Below, one piece after another: positions 13,053-25,309 of a stretch of 64,000 bases of DNA. The position numbers and the translations under genes were made by a program. This DNA is from Cyanidioschyzon merolae (taxonomy: Eukaryota): the NCBI GenBank assembly GCA_000091205.1, contig AP006492.2; one strand, given 5' to 3'. Position 1 is the first letter of the stretch, and every line of letters starts with the position of its first letter. Below the pieces are notes generated by a model. It was not told where the DNA came from and searched no databases. It saw only the letters and a program-made list of their open reading frames with translations.

Positions 13053-14135
13053 GGGCAGAAGCGGGGCTCGTTCCTGTGCAATTGCCATCCATGAGTTCAA
13101 GATAATTCACATAAATCACGGGCACTAGTGTACACAGAAACTGGTATGGACCGGGAGAATGAAACAGAGATGGATTCACGAGGTGGGTTACGAGAAGCTG
13201 ATCGGACGCCAGACGGAGAAGCTCCTCCCCGTGGGACGCTTACTTTGGCGTGACTCAATGAGCAAAAATGCACGCAAGCATTTGCTGCACAAAGCTTGAA
13301 CGCCTTGGTCAACATCAGGCAATGTCCTGTGATCCAGTAGCGCCCAGCTGTTTCGTGTCCAGCGAATTTTCCCGAACATCGTCTTGCTCCCTGCGTGGGC
13401 AACCTGTTAAAACGCTAAACACTTGTGATAAGAAAATCACTGCCAACGAGACACAGAATTGCATTACCGCCTGGAACAAGGCACTGGTAGTCTACCGTTC
13501 AGCTGTCCGAACAGACCGGAGCGCCTTATCCATACATCGTGAACGGTTTTCATCGGCAATCGATGAACAAATAGGGTAGTCCACGACTAGACATTTCTGC
13601 GCATCTGGTGCGCTCCGTTCAAGATGACACGACACCTATCGTGACGCAAGCGCCCCCAGCGGTACCTGGGTAGGCACCACGCGATCACTGAGAGTGTACG
13701 TCGCAGCCTCTTCCGCGGCATGCGCAGGTCGCAGCGCCCGCCCGTATATCTACGCGATGCTCCTCGGAGTCTGCCTAATCAGATCGCGCAGCGTCATCAG
13801 AGGCGCTGTCAGTAAAAACCGAAACAGGTTACCTAAAACATATTGCATGCTGCGACTTATGGTAAAGATGTGCGCAGTGACGGCTGGATACCTGCTCTCC
13901 TGGGGCCGATGCAACCAGGAGTCACGTCCCCTGGCGGGCAGACGCGAAGCCGCTTCAACGGCTGGCGTAGAGCCTGCCGCCCCGCCCGCATTCGATGTCG
14001 ATATGCCGTAGACGGAGGCGCGCTGCCTACGATTACTACTACTACTACGCTGGGCAACGAGAGCGGGTGTTCGCGGGGCGGTTTGCACTGGACGCTCGTG
14101 TGTTCCCTGAGCGTTACTCTGGAGTCAGCAGGATC

Positions 14136-15707
14136 ATGTCCGGTAAACTGGCGGTGAAAACAGCAGAAGCGCTTCGAAATATCACGCGCGTTCGGTCGCT
14201 CCGGGAGCCGCTGTGGAGTCCGCGCACCACCGCCGCTTTGCAAGGTGTAAACGCCTCCTTGAACTGGTCGCTCGCCCGACATGATGCTGCACCTGTTGGC
14301 GTGGAATACGTCTACAGGAACCTCCGCGCAAAGAATCTGGTCTCACACTGCATAGAGCGCTATGGGTCAGCGTATACAAGTGCGCTTGTTGCGCATGGGA
14401 ACGCAGAGCGGCCTGCCGGCACGCTGCAGCTCCTCCCGCCAGCTGCGTCACGTCGCACGCATCAAGCGCTAGTCGCGGATTACTTATGTAGGGGTGGCGA
14501 TGCTTTCACGTCATCATCTTGGAAATCAAAGCTTTACGTCTTAGACGGGGCTTTTGGCTCAGATCTGGAGACGTGCCTGGCGAGTCGAGTGGTTTGCGAC
14601 GACCCTGTCGTTGCGCTTGCGCTCACGCACTGGATGGAGCGTCTTCCGGCGGGCGCTCTGGATCTGAATGTATTCAGCCCTGATATCGTGGTCTATATAG
14701 GTGCTGGCTATCATGGTCGGTTCGAGGAGAACTCCGGCAAGAACGGAATATCTTCCTCGCCGCCAAGAGACAAGGCGTCAGCAACACGAGCACCTGATGG
14801 GAACGCTTCGCCAGGCCTTGCGCATGTAACAACTGATGGACAACGTGTCTATATTGGCGCGAGCGTGCAGCTCAATCACATGCGAAGCGCTATCGGCGCC
14901 GCTGCTTCTCTAGCAATGCTCTCCACCCGACGGGGTATCGATCCGGAGCGATATGGACTGATCCTTAATGGGCAGCTCCACTCCAATGGTCGCGCTGTTT
15001 TGGGCGTCGACGGCCAGCACGTCATGTGGACGCATCGAGGACTTGCGCGAGGCTGGCGCGATGTTCTGCGTCTGGAAGACTGGCGGTCTAGCGTGCCGCC
15101 TCCGAAAGTAACGCAGCGACAGTGGCAGCAACGGGTTGCGTTCCCGTCGGGCGATGCCTCCGGTGACACTGCGATGAAGAGCAGCAGCGCATCAGCCATC
15201 GCACCGCTACGCGTCCCGTCCACGCCGAATCTTGTTCTGGAGTCGCCGCTGTTTTTGATCGCACTTGATCACGGAGGTGTGCGGCGATCAAGTTCCGATA
15301 CAAGTAAGAGAAAACGAAAGACCGTACAGAATGCAGAACAGCAACAGCAGGCGCAATCTGAGCCCGATGAGAATCGAGTGCAGGTGGTGCCTCTGAAGAA
15401 CCCACAAACGGCAGCGTTGTATGCGCTTGCCGTGGCGACTTTTCCGGTCCCGGAGAATCTTCTCGAGATCAGTGTTCGGGATTTCGTGGCAGCTTACGAG
15501 CGCGCGAATGCCCGAGCGTTGCTCGTATGCGGCACTGGAGCGACGTCCCATGTATTACAGCTGGCTGCGGACTCCGCGACACCGAGTATCACTGGCGAAG
15601 CAGTTCCTGGAGTGCTGCAGGAGTATGCCCGGCAGTGCATCCTTGACAGGTATCGCCAGGTAGGTCAGCAGCTGCTTGCCCAAGACGGCCCGCTTGCGGC
15701 AGCTTAA
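14136..15707 (+). CDS. Hypothetical protein (no recognisable domain)
   Basis: 570-codon ORF (13995-15707), which is far too long to be chance at this GC. No family recognised. The first 47 codons include a (TAC)5 microsatellite encoding YYYYY, so I prefer the second in-frame ATG at 14136 as the start. Confidence 0.35.
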   Translation: MSGKLAVKTAEALRNITRVRSLREPLWSPRTTAALQGVNASLNWSLARHDAAPVGVEYVYRNLRAKNLVSHCIERYGSAYTSALVAHGNAERPAGTLQLLPPAASRRTHQALVADYLCRGGDAFTSSSWKSKLYVLDGAFGSDLETCLASRVVCDDPVVALALTHWMERLPAGALDLNVFSPDIVVYIGAGYHGRFEENSGKNGISSSPPRDKASATRAPDGNASPGLAHVTTDGQRVYIGASVQLNHMRSAIGAAASLAMLSTRRGIDPERYGLILNGQLHSNGRAVLGVDGQHVMWTHRGLARGWRDVLRLEDWRSSVPPPKVTQRQWQQRVAFPSGDASGDTAMKSSSASAIAPLRVPSTPNLVLESPLFLIALDHGGVRRSSSDTSKRKRKTVQNAEQQQQAQSEPDENRVQVVPLKNPQTAALYALAVATFPVPENLLEISVRDFVAAYERANARALLVCGTGATSHVLQLAADSATPSITGEAVPGVLQEYARQCILDRYRQVGQQLLAQDGPLAAA

Positions 15708-18700
15708 AGTTCCGCAGTCTTAGGCAGCGCCTTGTCGCGGAATGTGCAAGCAACGTATATTCAGCACTGCTTTAGACTCGATTGCATCTACTTGCACACG
15801 AGCAGTAAACCCCGAAGAAACGCATGCGCTGTTGTGTCGAAGCACGTTGCCATAGCGTCCGTTTGGTCAGCGCTCCAAAATTGCTGTATTTTCATTCGCC
15901 TACGCCACAATGGCGGTAGCACTGCTTATCATGGTACTGGACACTACCGGCTGCAGCTGCGGTTTGGCGGGAGTCGTGTATGGGTCGCGGCGGGCCTGGG
16001 TACCGTCCGAGCGCTCTGGCGTTGCCGGCCGCTTTCCTTGACAGACGTAGGGGTAGCGCTTGGATGCAATCAACTCGTTTCATGTTCCGGAGGCAGCCAT
16101 GTATCGCTTTCGCCTGAGCGAAGACGGATGAGCGGTATGCGTGGGAAGCCTTGCTCGTTTCGCTCGATAGTGGACCTGTGTGCGAAATCGACAGCTAGCG
16201 TACGGAATGTGTGTGTGTTTGCTTTTGTGGCGGGCGGGGTTATTCAATAGCTTCTTTGCATGCAAGCTTGTATCCTTGTCTCCGGCGTTTGATCATTGTT
16301 GACTTGCCTGTCCGCTTTTCTGCAAGCATTCAAAGCGTCGGCAGCGGCGGATAACCCGCTGCCTAAAGAGACTCGATCGGCCTATCCTGGGGCCTGCTAT
16401 CTGCACTGCACCGATGATGGGTACTCGGCTCGGCATGGCGTCGGGATCACCTGCACCAGGATGCTTCCTGATTGGGGCAGTTCGGGGCCCCATTTTACGA
16501 CAGCGACACCGTAAAGTTTCCATACGCATGTCAGTCTGAAATGGAACGGTTCCGCTCAGTCAACACAGGAGCATTCGCTCAAGTTCGTGCCTCTTCGTAT
16601 TGCGATCTACACGAGCCTCTGCGAATTTTCATTTGACTGCTTCATTTCCAACTGTCTTGTCTCCGGCTTTCAATAAGAGAGTCTCTTCTGTCTCTGCAGA
16701 TCCGCGACAGGCAGTCCAAGCATGTTGACAGCAGCGTTAAAGTCCGGATTTCACTGCTTCCTGCTGTTGTGGACGAATTCCATGCACAGGCAAAAGCGGC
16801 GATCTATGCTTCGCTTGCCCCGTTCATCTCCTGCGGATGCAGTCTCGATGCGTTTTTCGCAGCGATCACATTTGGCAGTGGTGAGATATCACCTCCTCGG
16901 CTGAGCGCTGTCCTGTGAAGCGTGATCGCGGGCTTGATCGCTCACTGTATGCCCTTGATGACTAGAAAAGGCTCCCGTCGACCCCCACTTGTGTTTCCCG
17001 CCCCATACCGTACCCAAAAACCAAGCGCGGCATGAGGACGATCCCCTGAGCGAGTTCTATGTTCGCTGCGCGCGCTGTGTCATTCGATCGAGGAATTTTG
17101 AGACTATGAAACTTTCCATGATGAAAACTATGGTCAGAAGAACCAGGTTTAAGAGCAAGTTGAGGGATTCGATCCGCCGACGCGCTTCTCGTGCTAAACG
17201 ATGGCGTACTCTTCACCGAAAACCATCGCTACGACAAGCAAGGTCCGAGTCCAGGGATATTTTCCATGCAACTGTAAGAGACAGGGGTCTCTGCGAGCGT
17301 ATCGTCTCAGAGACGTCATGCTAGAGTCTAGAGCCATCTTGTCCATGGCCACGAAGAGAGAAGGATTCGTCATTGGAACGGAATTGGATATTCGACGTGT
17401 CAAGTTCAGCAAACAATTGGCATGAGCTATTGAAGAGGTCTTCAAACTACGATGTTGTGTTTTGGTTGGTCGCCAATCCAGAAGCGCGAATGGCTGTGCT
17501 GACGTGTTGCTTTGAAACATAATGATTGAAAGTTTGAACCTTGCATGATTTGGGGATGCTGCTCTTACGGAAAGGATAAGCGTGCAGACTTGTTGGTATG
17601 CATTACATATTGATAGAGGTTCTTCTACGAGACCTTGTTCTAGGGCACCGCGAATCATGCTGAAGACCATTCCATAAAAAGTTCTAGTGGTAAGGCGTCG
17701 AAGGAGTAACTTTCGAAAGACGCATGAGAATCCAGGGACCGTCTATGGATCTGGAAGCCCGCATCGCTGCATTTCGAATATCGAGACTGAACATCTGAAA
17801 CTTCGAAAAAATCGCAAGGTAGGAATATATAAACCAGGTCAGTGTTCCATTTGCAACTATAGACGGTGACTATAACGGAAAACGTTCTACGGTCATGGAG
17901 GATAAACTGGTATCCCTTCACGGGCACCCCGCACCAGCCTTTTCTTGACCGGCCACCTGCCATCGTTTTTAGTTTCTCCTTGCACACGTCGAGCCGGAGC
18001 GCGTGCTCTGTGAAGTTGGATCGCGTCAGCTACGCAGGCCTCTCTTTCAGCACTGCACATTTTTCTGACACTGAGGGCGGCGTTGAAGTCACGGTTCACG
18101 AGCTCCATGTGATTATCGACAATGATGGAAGTCGTCAGTGCAAGTATTGCCAGAACTTTTCCCCTCTGTGCCGTATGCTGCTCTGTCAGAACCCCGTTCC
18201 TTTCTATCGCCGAAGCGCTCCGTTGCGTTTTCCATCTCAACCTTTTGATTCTTTATTTTTGAAAATGAACGTATTTTTATGCCCTGTTTGAGGACCTTGT
18301 TGGAGGGATTAGAACTTTCGGAAGGAAGACGAAAGATGCACTGGTTTTACCGTGTGCTGAACGCTTCAGCGATTCGCCCAGTACAGCGATCAATTCTTTT
18401 CAGGATTGCAAAGACACCTGCAATGGAGTTCAACCACGGAGCGTGCTGCGGCATGAAAAGCAGCTCTACGCGGTAGAATCGAAAAAAGCTCGAACTCAAC
18501 GGGAATAGTCAAATGCCACGTTGTCCAGTAGGAGGATATCGCCACCGGTCTGGGGAGACCCTTCAATGATTCGACAAAGTGGGTGCTGTTTTATGATCCT
18601 TGTCTCAAGCGAAACTGAGGCCGCCAAATCATTCCACTGCAGCTAGAAAAGATGATGATGTCCTCGTTCTCTTCTACATCGATTGTACCCACAACTTGCT

Positions 18701-19306
18701 CCCTGCTCGGCGAATACTCATGTACGCTCCGACCGTTTCGTCGGATGCAAGTCTCATCGACTCAAAGAACAGACCGACGTCGCCGTGCTCCCTACAGATC
18801 GCCGAGTTCCAGAAAGTTTTTCATGGGTGCCGTTTCGGTGGAAGATGGCCGTGCGTGAACTAGAAGTTTTATTGGGACTGTCTCCCAGTGTTTCCCGGAC
18901 AACACGAACAAACTTTAGAGAAACAGAGCTGCTCGTAGTTGCAACAATCGTCGCTTTTGCTTTCCTTTTGGTGATCAACGAGTCGTTTTCTACCATTGAT
19001 CGCAAGCACGCTTTGAGAATACCAGTTTTGACGCAGAGCGCATCCACTTGTTTCTTTCAGTGTTCTGCAACCATCTGAGTACTGTGGTATGATTGATCTG
19101 GACGAGGAATGCAGTCCTCGTTGCACTGTTCAGTAAAGAATATACCGTATTGGCAATTCGTCTACGACCTATACAGTACCTTGCATATTGATGTCGATCT
19201 CCTGGTATATATTGCACCGGGAGTGTACAAAAATTAACGTGAAAAACTATACCATTCGAAGATCACACACTTCCTACCAACAACCCGGGAAACGCATACA
19301 CTGAAG

Positions 19307-20344
19307 ATGTGGCCCAGCGGAGCTGCTGGCGCCGGCGCCGCTTTCGGCAGTCCAACCGGTAACCGCACCGGTGCTGTGCCGAATGTTTCGAGGCCTCTGA
19401 AGGTGCTGTGCAACGACATGCTTGCCACAATAGGTCGCTGGAGGACTGTTTCTGGAAGCATTAGGGCGGCAAGAGCGTTGTCCGTTGCACTTCGAGCACC
19501 GGCAGCTGTCGTGGCTCGCGAGCAGGCCTCCAGCGTCAGTGTAAAGCGCACAAGCCTGCCTGGGGGCAGCACTCTACTGAGAAACACTTCTGCCCAGTCT
19601 CTGCTCGCTTCGTCCGCGCTCAACGTTTCATCAACTCGAGAGGAACGTTTGGCAAGGCACGTTGGGTCTGGACGTGTTCAGAGAGCGGTAACGCTGGCGG
19701 CTGCGTGCGCGCCGCGTCCTCGGGCAGTGCTCCCGAGTGCTGGATCGAACCAGAACTTTTGCACAGCGTTAAGGAAACTAGGTACCGCCTGTCTCTACCA
19801 ACAGCCACAGCCGTGGCACCACACAACGATTCTGGCTGTGCGGAAAAGTGGCCAAGTGTGTCTGGTCGGCGATGGGCAGGTATCCATGGGTGAAACCATT
19901 CTCAAGGCGAATGCACGCAAGGTACGGCGCCTAGGCGACTCGGTTATTGCGGGCTTTTCTGGTGCCACTGCGGATGCGTTGACGCTTTTCGAGCGGTTGG
20001 AACAAAAACTTGAGGCGTACCCAGACCAGTTGCTGCGAGCATCTGTCGAACTCGCAAAGGAATGGCGTCAAGACAAGGCCTTGCGACGTCTCGATGCGCT
20101 TCTTCTGGTCGCTGACCGTTCGATAACGCTCACGCTCACGGGCACCGGGGACGTGCTGGAGCCCAGTGACGGCGTCATGGCCATCGGCAGCGGTGGTATG
20201 TACGCCCTGGCGGCTGCGAGGGCACTTCTGGAGCTGGAAGACTGGACGGCGGAGCGAATCGCTCGACGAGCTATGCAGATTGCCTCAGAAATATGTGTAT
20301 TTACGAACGAGCAACTAACATGTGAAGTGCTCAGTGGTGCATGA
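19307..20344 (+). CDS. hslV: ATP-dependent protease subunit HslV (ClpQ), eukaryotic mitochondrial-type with long N-terminal extension
   Basis: The C-terminal 175 aa are co-linear with bacterial HslV: [88 protein letters not shown]. They are preceded by about 170 aa of Ala/Ser/Arg-rich sequence that looks like a presequence. True ATG at 19307. Confidence 0.85.
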   Translation: MWPSGAAGAGAAFGSPTGNRTGAVPNVSRPLKVLCNDMLATIGRWRTVSGSIRAARALSVALRAPAAVVAREQASSVSVKRTSLPGGSTLLRNTSAQSLLASSALNVSSTREERLARHVGSGRVQRAVTLAAACAPRPRAVLPSAGSNQNFCTALRKLGTACLYQQPQPWHHTTILAVRKSGQVCLVGDGQVSMGETILKANARKVRRLGDSVIAGFSGATADALTLFERLEQKLEAYPDQLLRASVELAKEWRQDKALRRLDALLLVADRSITLTLTGTGDVLEPSDGVMAIGSGGMYALAAARALLELEDWTAERIARRAMQIASEICVFTNEQLTCEVLSGA

Positions 20345-21091
20345 TTCGCAGCCTTTGGAGTGCGCGCCCCGCAGCGGCGTCATCATACACGCGCTGCGCT
20401 ATCTCTTCTTTGCGGCTTTGGCCCGAGATCCCCGCTCAACCTTCTGAACTTGTAGTTTTGGTGGCAGTGACTGCTCAAGCTTCGTTGCTTTCCGCGAGTC
20501 TTGAACGACGAGCGTGTAAAGGAACCGACTGCACCGGATCTTAAACTTGGTATTCGCGCGGTTTCGTTTCACGGTTACCCGCGTAGCGTCTGCGCGTTTG
20601 CACAGACTAAGAAACGTTTTCAGGTCTTTGATTTCTTTCGGCATGGTGTTGCGTTTATGCACGCTGCAGTGCCGTTGAACTACGTCCACTAGCCCTAGCG
20701 CGTATCGTAGTTCGGCCCGCTTTTCTCCACAGCGACCTTCCCACGAATAACACGGTCACAGTGTACCGCTGGGCTGCTCATGACGGATGCGACGGATCGC
20801 GGGGCCAGTCGCGGCAGCTTGTCACGTGACCTTGGACATGGCGGTGCAGCGTCTCATAACACCGGCGCCCGCGTCGATCCGGGAACCACGCCGTCCAAAG
20901 CTGGAACAATTTATAAGAAATGAGTTATATTGGATTCTTTAGGAATCATATGTGTCAGGGACCACGATACGTGCCGGTACCGCTACCGCCAGACACGTCT
21001 AAATGCAAGCGATATGCAGTTTCTGGCGAACGGCAGCACTACTCAGTACGAAGGGGATTTACCTCCATGAAACGTATTCAGAACACAGCGA

Positions 21092-22867
21092 ATGCCAAAC
21101 GCTGTTGATTCAGAGAATGAAAACGCATCGGAGTACACGCTTGCCGCTGAGCACGTCAACAGAACGTCGCTCTCTGAACCAGGGCACAAGTCCCAGGCAA
21201 GTACCTCGCTGGCGGCGCTTGCTGACGACACAGAAAACGGCGATAGCGTCTGTGCGCTATGCCAACAGTTGGATCTTGCGCAGCTCCGAGTTGAACTAGA
21301 GCGAAACGGAACGGAAAGACGCAAACTGGAGGCGAAGATTGACCGTACTTTTCTGGTGAGTGTGGATCGCCTTCTCGAACAGGACGCGCTTCTCTGCCGA
21401 CTTGAGGGCGCGATCGAGAGCCAGGAACAGGCTCTGCGGCGTTTGGTTCAAGAGTTTCATCATGTAGCGGTTAAGCGAGCAAACCAGCTCCCAGCCTTGA
21501 GAACAAAGTTAAGACGACTACGCGAGTCGGTCAAATCCAGCGCGCGTAGCAGGTCGTGGCAATCACTTGCCGAGGTCCGCGATCGTCTGGAGCAGGCGAT
21601 TCGCCACCGCGAATACGATGAAGCGCTATCACTTTACGCAAATCTTCGAACAATGTCGGCAAACCTGGGAAAAGCATCCCTGGAAAAAGAATACTTGGAA
21701 ACACAGATGTCGTCTCTGGAGACGATGCTGGCAGTGAGCATTCTCGAGGAGCTCTCGGAGGCAACCTCCCTATCAAAATGTATTGAAATGAGCGGTTTTT
21801 TGCGAACCTTCGATTTCTTCGACAATGCGGAGCTCCGTCGTCTTTTTCTCCATTGTCGAGGACGCTATATCTGGAGATTTATCTCCGATGCAATGCGAGC
21901 GCTCGACGCTCTGCCGACGGAGACTCGGGAGCGAACGGAGGCAATTGTGGTGCTACAATTATCGAGACTCACTGATGCGCTGCGTCAGAGGGTTCTGAAG
22001 CTTTTCACAGAGTACCGAACCCTGTTTTCAAATGCCAACGCCGATGACGACGCGTCAGATTCGGTCGAGGGCGATGCTTTGCTAGTTGATGAAGCCTGGT
22101 GCGCATGGCATCGAGAATGGCTTACTGCGTACCTGCTCGTCGTCGAGAAGACCATTGCCCGCGTCTCAGATGTGGTGCTGATCCAGACGCTGTTCACACA
22201 GACCATGGCCTTTGCAGCCGCGCTTGGTCGCCTCGAGCTTGATTTCCGACCACTTTTGGTCCCGCTGTATGAGCGAGCTGTGTTGCGCGTCTGGCAGCGC
22301 AAGCTACACGATGCTCTGTTGCATTATAGCCGGTTGTTGCGATCGCTAGACCTGGACTCTATCAACCCGGAGGTGCACATGATCTCCAGTGCGCTGGTAG
22401 GGAGCGTTGACGCGTCTCCGGAAACAACTGCGTCGGGAGACGGTGCCGTGGAACCGGCGCCGGCCCCAGCCTCAGCCCCGAAAGAAGGTGTAGCTTTGAG
22501 CGTTGCACCGATCGTCCAGCTCCAGAATGAAATCGAAAGCGCTATCCTACAGCTCGGCGTGTTGGTCCCGAGTCGGCACCTCGGAGTCTTTGCGAACGAG
22601 CTCTGCCAGGCTCTCAAAGATGCTGGTGCGGTCATCGCGGAGCTTCTCGTATTTCCTCGCTTAAACACGGGAGCAGGACACGTTGGAGACACCCTCATAC
22701 GCGCGTTACGCTCCGAGCTCGTCCCGCGAGTCATGCAGCGGTTTCGCGAGGCGACCGAAATACCCGCGGAAGAACTAGCACCTTTCGAAGAGAAACTCGA
22801 GAGGTTCTACTGCGAACTCGACCATCTTCCCCCGATCAATGAGAATCATCACCAATACAACAGCTAA
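21092..22867 (+). CDS. Large alpha-helical/coiled-coil protein, possibly a vesicle-tethering complex subunit (COG8/Dor1-like); function uncertain
   Basis: 591-aa ORF from an ATG. The N-terminus is coiled-coil and the rest is long and helical. The size and layout fit a Dor1-type tether subunit, but no diagnostic motif could be confirmed by eye. Confidence 0.45.
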   Translation: MPNAVDSENENASEYTLAAEHVNRTSLSEPGHKSQASTSLAALADDTENGDSVCALCQQLDLAQLRVELERNGTERRKLEAKIDRTFLVSVDRLLEQDALLCRLEGAIESQEQALRRLVQEFHHVAVKRANQLPALRTKLRRLRESVKSSARSRSWQSLAEVRDRLEQAIRHREYDEALSLYANLRTMSANLGKASLEKEYLETQMSSLETMLAVSILEELSEATSLSKCIEMSGFLRTFDFFDNAELRRLFLHCRGRYIWRFISDAMRALDALPTETRERTEAIVVLQLSRLTDALRQRVLKLFTEYRTLFSNANADDDASDSVEGDALLVDEAWCAWHREWLTAYLLVVEKTIARVSDVVLIQTLFTQTMAFAAALGRLELDFRPLLVPLYERAVLRVWQRKLHDALLHYSRLLRSLDLDSINPEVHMISSALVGSVDASPETTASGDGAVEPAPAPASAPKEGVALSVAPIVQLQNEIESAILQLGVLVPSRHLGVFANELCQALKDAGAVIAELLVFPRLNTGAGHVGDTLIRALRSELVPRVMQRFREATEIPAEELAPFEEKLERFYCELDHLPPINENHHQYNS

Positions 22868-23693
22868 AGAAACTGATTGGTTGAGGTTCCCAATTCGATT
22901 GCAGTCTGTCTCGATCGGTTGACGGTCGTGCCGTTCACATCGAATCGCATGCACGGTCCATGTGCGAATACCGGGTAGCGGACTGAGGCCACTCCAGGCA
23001 CCACAGCAGCTTCATGATTCGTGCCCAGATGATTAAGGGGGTACTCGGGTTGCAGCAGTTCTTGCCGCAGGTCGCGGGGTTCAGCGCCTTTGGCTCACCA
23101 CGTGGCATCCGTTGTTTGCGGAATCGGCGCCCTGGGGTACTCTAACTTTGCTTAGCATGATTCCAGACGCTTCCTGAAGCTGCATCCATGCCAGAATATC
23201 ATAGAACCGGTCTATACAGCCACCATAAGCATGTACACTCTGAAGTTTGCATCGTTTTCAGTGGTCACCAACGCCCGGGCCTTGGCGAGCTTTTTCCGCG
23301 ACTGGTTCCTGTTCCTCTAGCTGATTTCCGGCTTGGAATACGCAGGTCTCTCCTTGTTATCCCGCCCAGTTGTAGGCAATCGAAGGATGCTGAAGGCAGT
23401 GTTCCCGTCCATATCTCGTTGCTTCTCGGTGTTGTCAATACATCTAACAGAGAGAAAGTGGTTGCGATCTGGGCATCGCTTGTCATCTCCATGTTCGATG
23501 AACGCTGCCTCGAGGCGCACTTGCAGCGGTGACAGTTGACTGTGGTCAGATGCTCCCGTATGCTCAGCAGGCCTCCTCGTGGTCAGCAGATCGCCGCCCT
23601 GTGGCGCATGAGGGCTAGCACCAGCGCCCGGTACTTGCCATTGACGGGTGCAGGAGGCTTTGTATTTGCTGGCCTCCGCCGCTTCCGTGCCCG

Positions 23694-24212
23694 ATGCAGT
23701 GCCCTAGCATCACGTGCTTCTTCAGGGCAATCCATTTGACAAGTACTGTGACTTGTTTTACAAGCAAGCGCACGCACTTTCATTCGATAAATGATTTTTG
23801 GGGCGCTATCTTACCCGCGATGCAGCGAGCACCGAAACGAAAATCCAGATTTCAAACCGAGTCCAGCAATTTCGATCCCTCTACGCTCCCTTTGTGGAAA
23901 GCGGTGACGCGAGCTCAAAAAAAAAAAGATGTTGCTGCGATGATGGAAATTCGAGCCCAAGACGATTTCCTGCTAGAGCTGCGTCGGAAGCCTCTGGACG
24001 CACGTTCCGCGAGAGATGTGGTGCTGCAGTCGAATGCAGTTGCATCCATGACTGCAAAGCGAGGAAGATTTGTCACGACAAGATCGGTGAATCTTCGGCA
24101 TGAGCTTATGCGGAAGTTGTCAAGCGACGACGCTGAGCTTTTTGTTGTCAATCCAGCGGCTCGACATGCTGTGCCCAAGAGTTGCCTTGAACCAGACGGA
24201 TTGAATACTTGA
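23694..24212 (+). CDS. Hypothetical small basic protein
   Basis: 172-aa ORF. The internal Met at MQRAPKRKSRF gives a lysine/arginine-rich roughly 130-aa product. No recognised domain. It overlaps an antisense ORF of similar size. Confidence 0.15.
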   Translation: MQCPSITCFFRAIHLTSTVTCFTSKRTHFHSINDFWGAILPAMQRAPKRKSRFQTESSNFDPSTLPLWKAVTRAQKKKDVAAMMEIRAQDDFLLELRRKPLDARSARDVVLQSNAVASMTAKRGRFVTTRSVNLRHELMRKLSSDDAELFVVNPAARHAVPKSCLEPDGLNT

Positions 24213-24807
24213 AGAATGCATAGTTTTAGCACACTACGCATAAGAAAACGATAAGCTAGGAGGTTTCTACGTTTGCATTGGATAATGCAATGGGTTAATT
24301 TACGAGCCCTTGCTCGAGTGCGTCGCGAATCATCCTGACACCGGTGACGTAACGAATGCCAGCGGCAGACAGTCGAGGGCGCCACTCCGAAAACACGACC
24401 GAGAACCCTAAATCGACTAGTGAACCCCTGCATCCTTTTTGCTGCGTTTGGAATGTCAGGACGATATCTCGAAAACAAAATCAGAAAGTAATCGCTGCGC
24501 ACACACGAAACAAGGCGTTCCGTGCTCCACGGGCTCATCGGATACGGACGGCAGGCATCCGCAGACGCGCGCGACCGTCTGCGTCTCCTGAGAGACGCGC
24601 ACGCGCATCAATGCAATGCCCTCTGCGAAGCTGCCCGCGAAACGCACTATCCAGGGCGGCAGCGATGATGCTTGCGCGCCGGGCAACATCACCGCCGCCG
24701 CCGCCGGCATGCGTGCGCCCTCCCAGGCGCGCACCTACACGTGAAATCAGGTCAGGCGCACTGCATCGACGCTGGACGACGACGTCACCCGCTTGCCCGC
24801 ATTCGAG

Positions 24808-24868
24808 CCGTGCGTGCGTGCGTGCTTGCGTGCATGCGTGCTTGTTTGCGTGCGTGCTCGCCTGCACC
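24808..24868. repeat. GCGT/GCGTGC-type microsatellite
   Basis: gtgcgtgcgtgcgtgcttgcgtgcatgcgtgcttgtttgcgtgcgtgc lies in the region upstream of the CorC-family gene. Confidence 0.6.
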
Positions 24869-25309
24869 ACTATTCTTGTTGGTGTGAGCGATTTCGGAGC
24901 TTTCTGCTCTAGAAGAGTGGAAAGCACGCCGCCCAAGTGCGAGCGGTGGTTCATCCTGGTGTGTAACGGTGCCGAAAGCGTGTACCGGACCTCCATGGGA
25001 GCGTTTCGGGGCTGGGCGTTGTCGGTGTCGTCACGCCGCAGTGCCTGTGTGCTGGCGGAGCCGCTGGCCTTTGGTGTGGCGCTTCAAGGGCGACGCTTTG
25101 GCGCACACTGCGTACCACGTTTTGGGCGTCGTGGGGGCACTGTGCGAAATAGACAGCACACGCAACCGAGGCGGAGGTGTCGGCGTAACGAGCGTCTGCC
25201 GAAGGTCTGTTGTCTCTTGACGAGGAATCGGAAGCGCTGTGGCGACTTGCCGGTGAAAAGCGCCGCTACGTGCCGCACGAGAGCGCTTCGGCTAGAACTG
25301 TTGCTTCGT

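Noticed and set aside
13995-14135. Using the first ATG (13995) for the 570-aa hypothetical protein
   Set aside because: The first 47 codons include a (TAC)5 microsatellite giving YYYYY and Arg-runs typical of non-coding GC-rich DNA. The second ATG at 14136 is the more conservative start. This is unresolved without transcript data.
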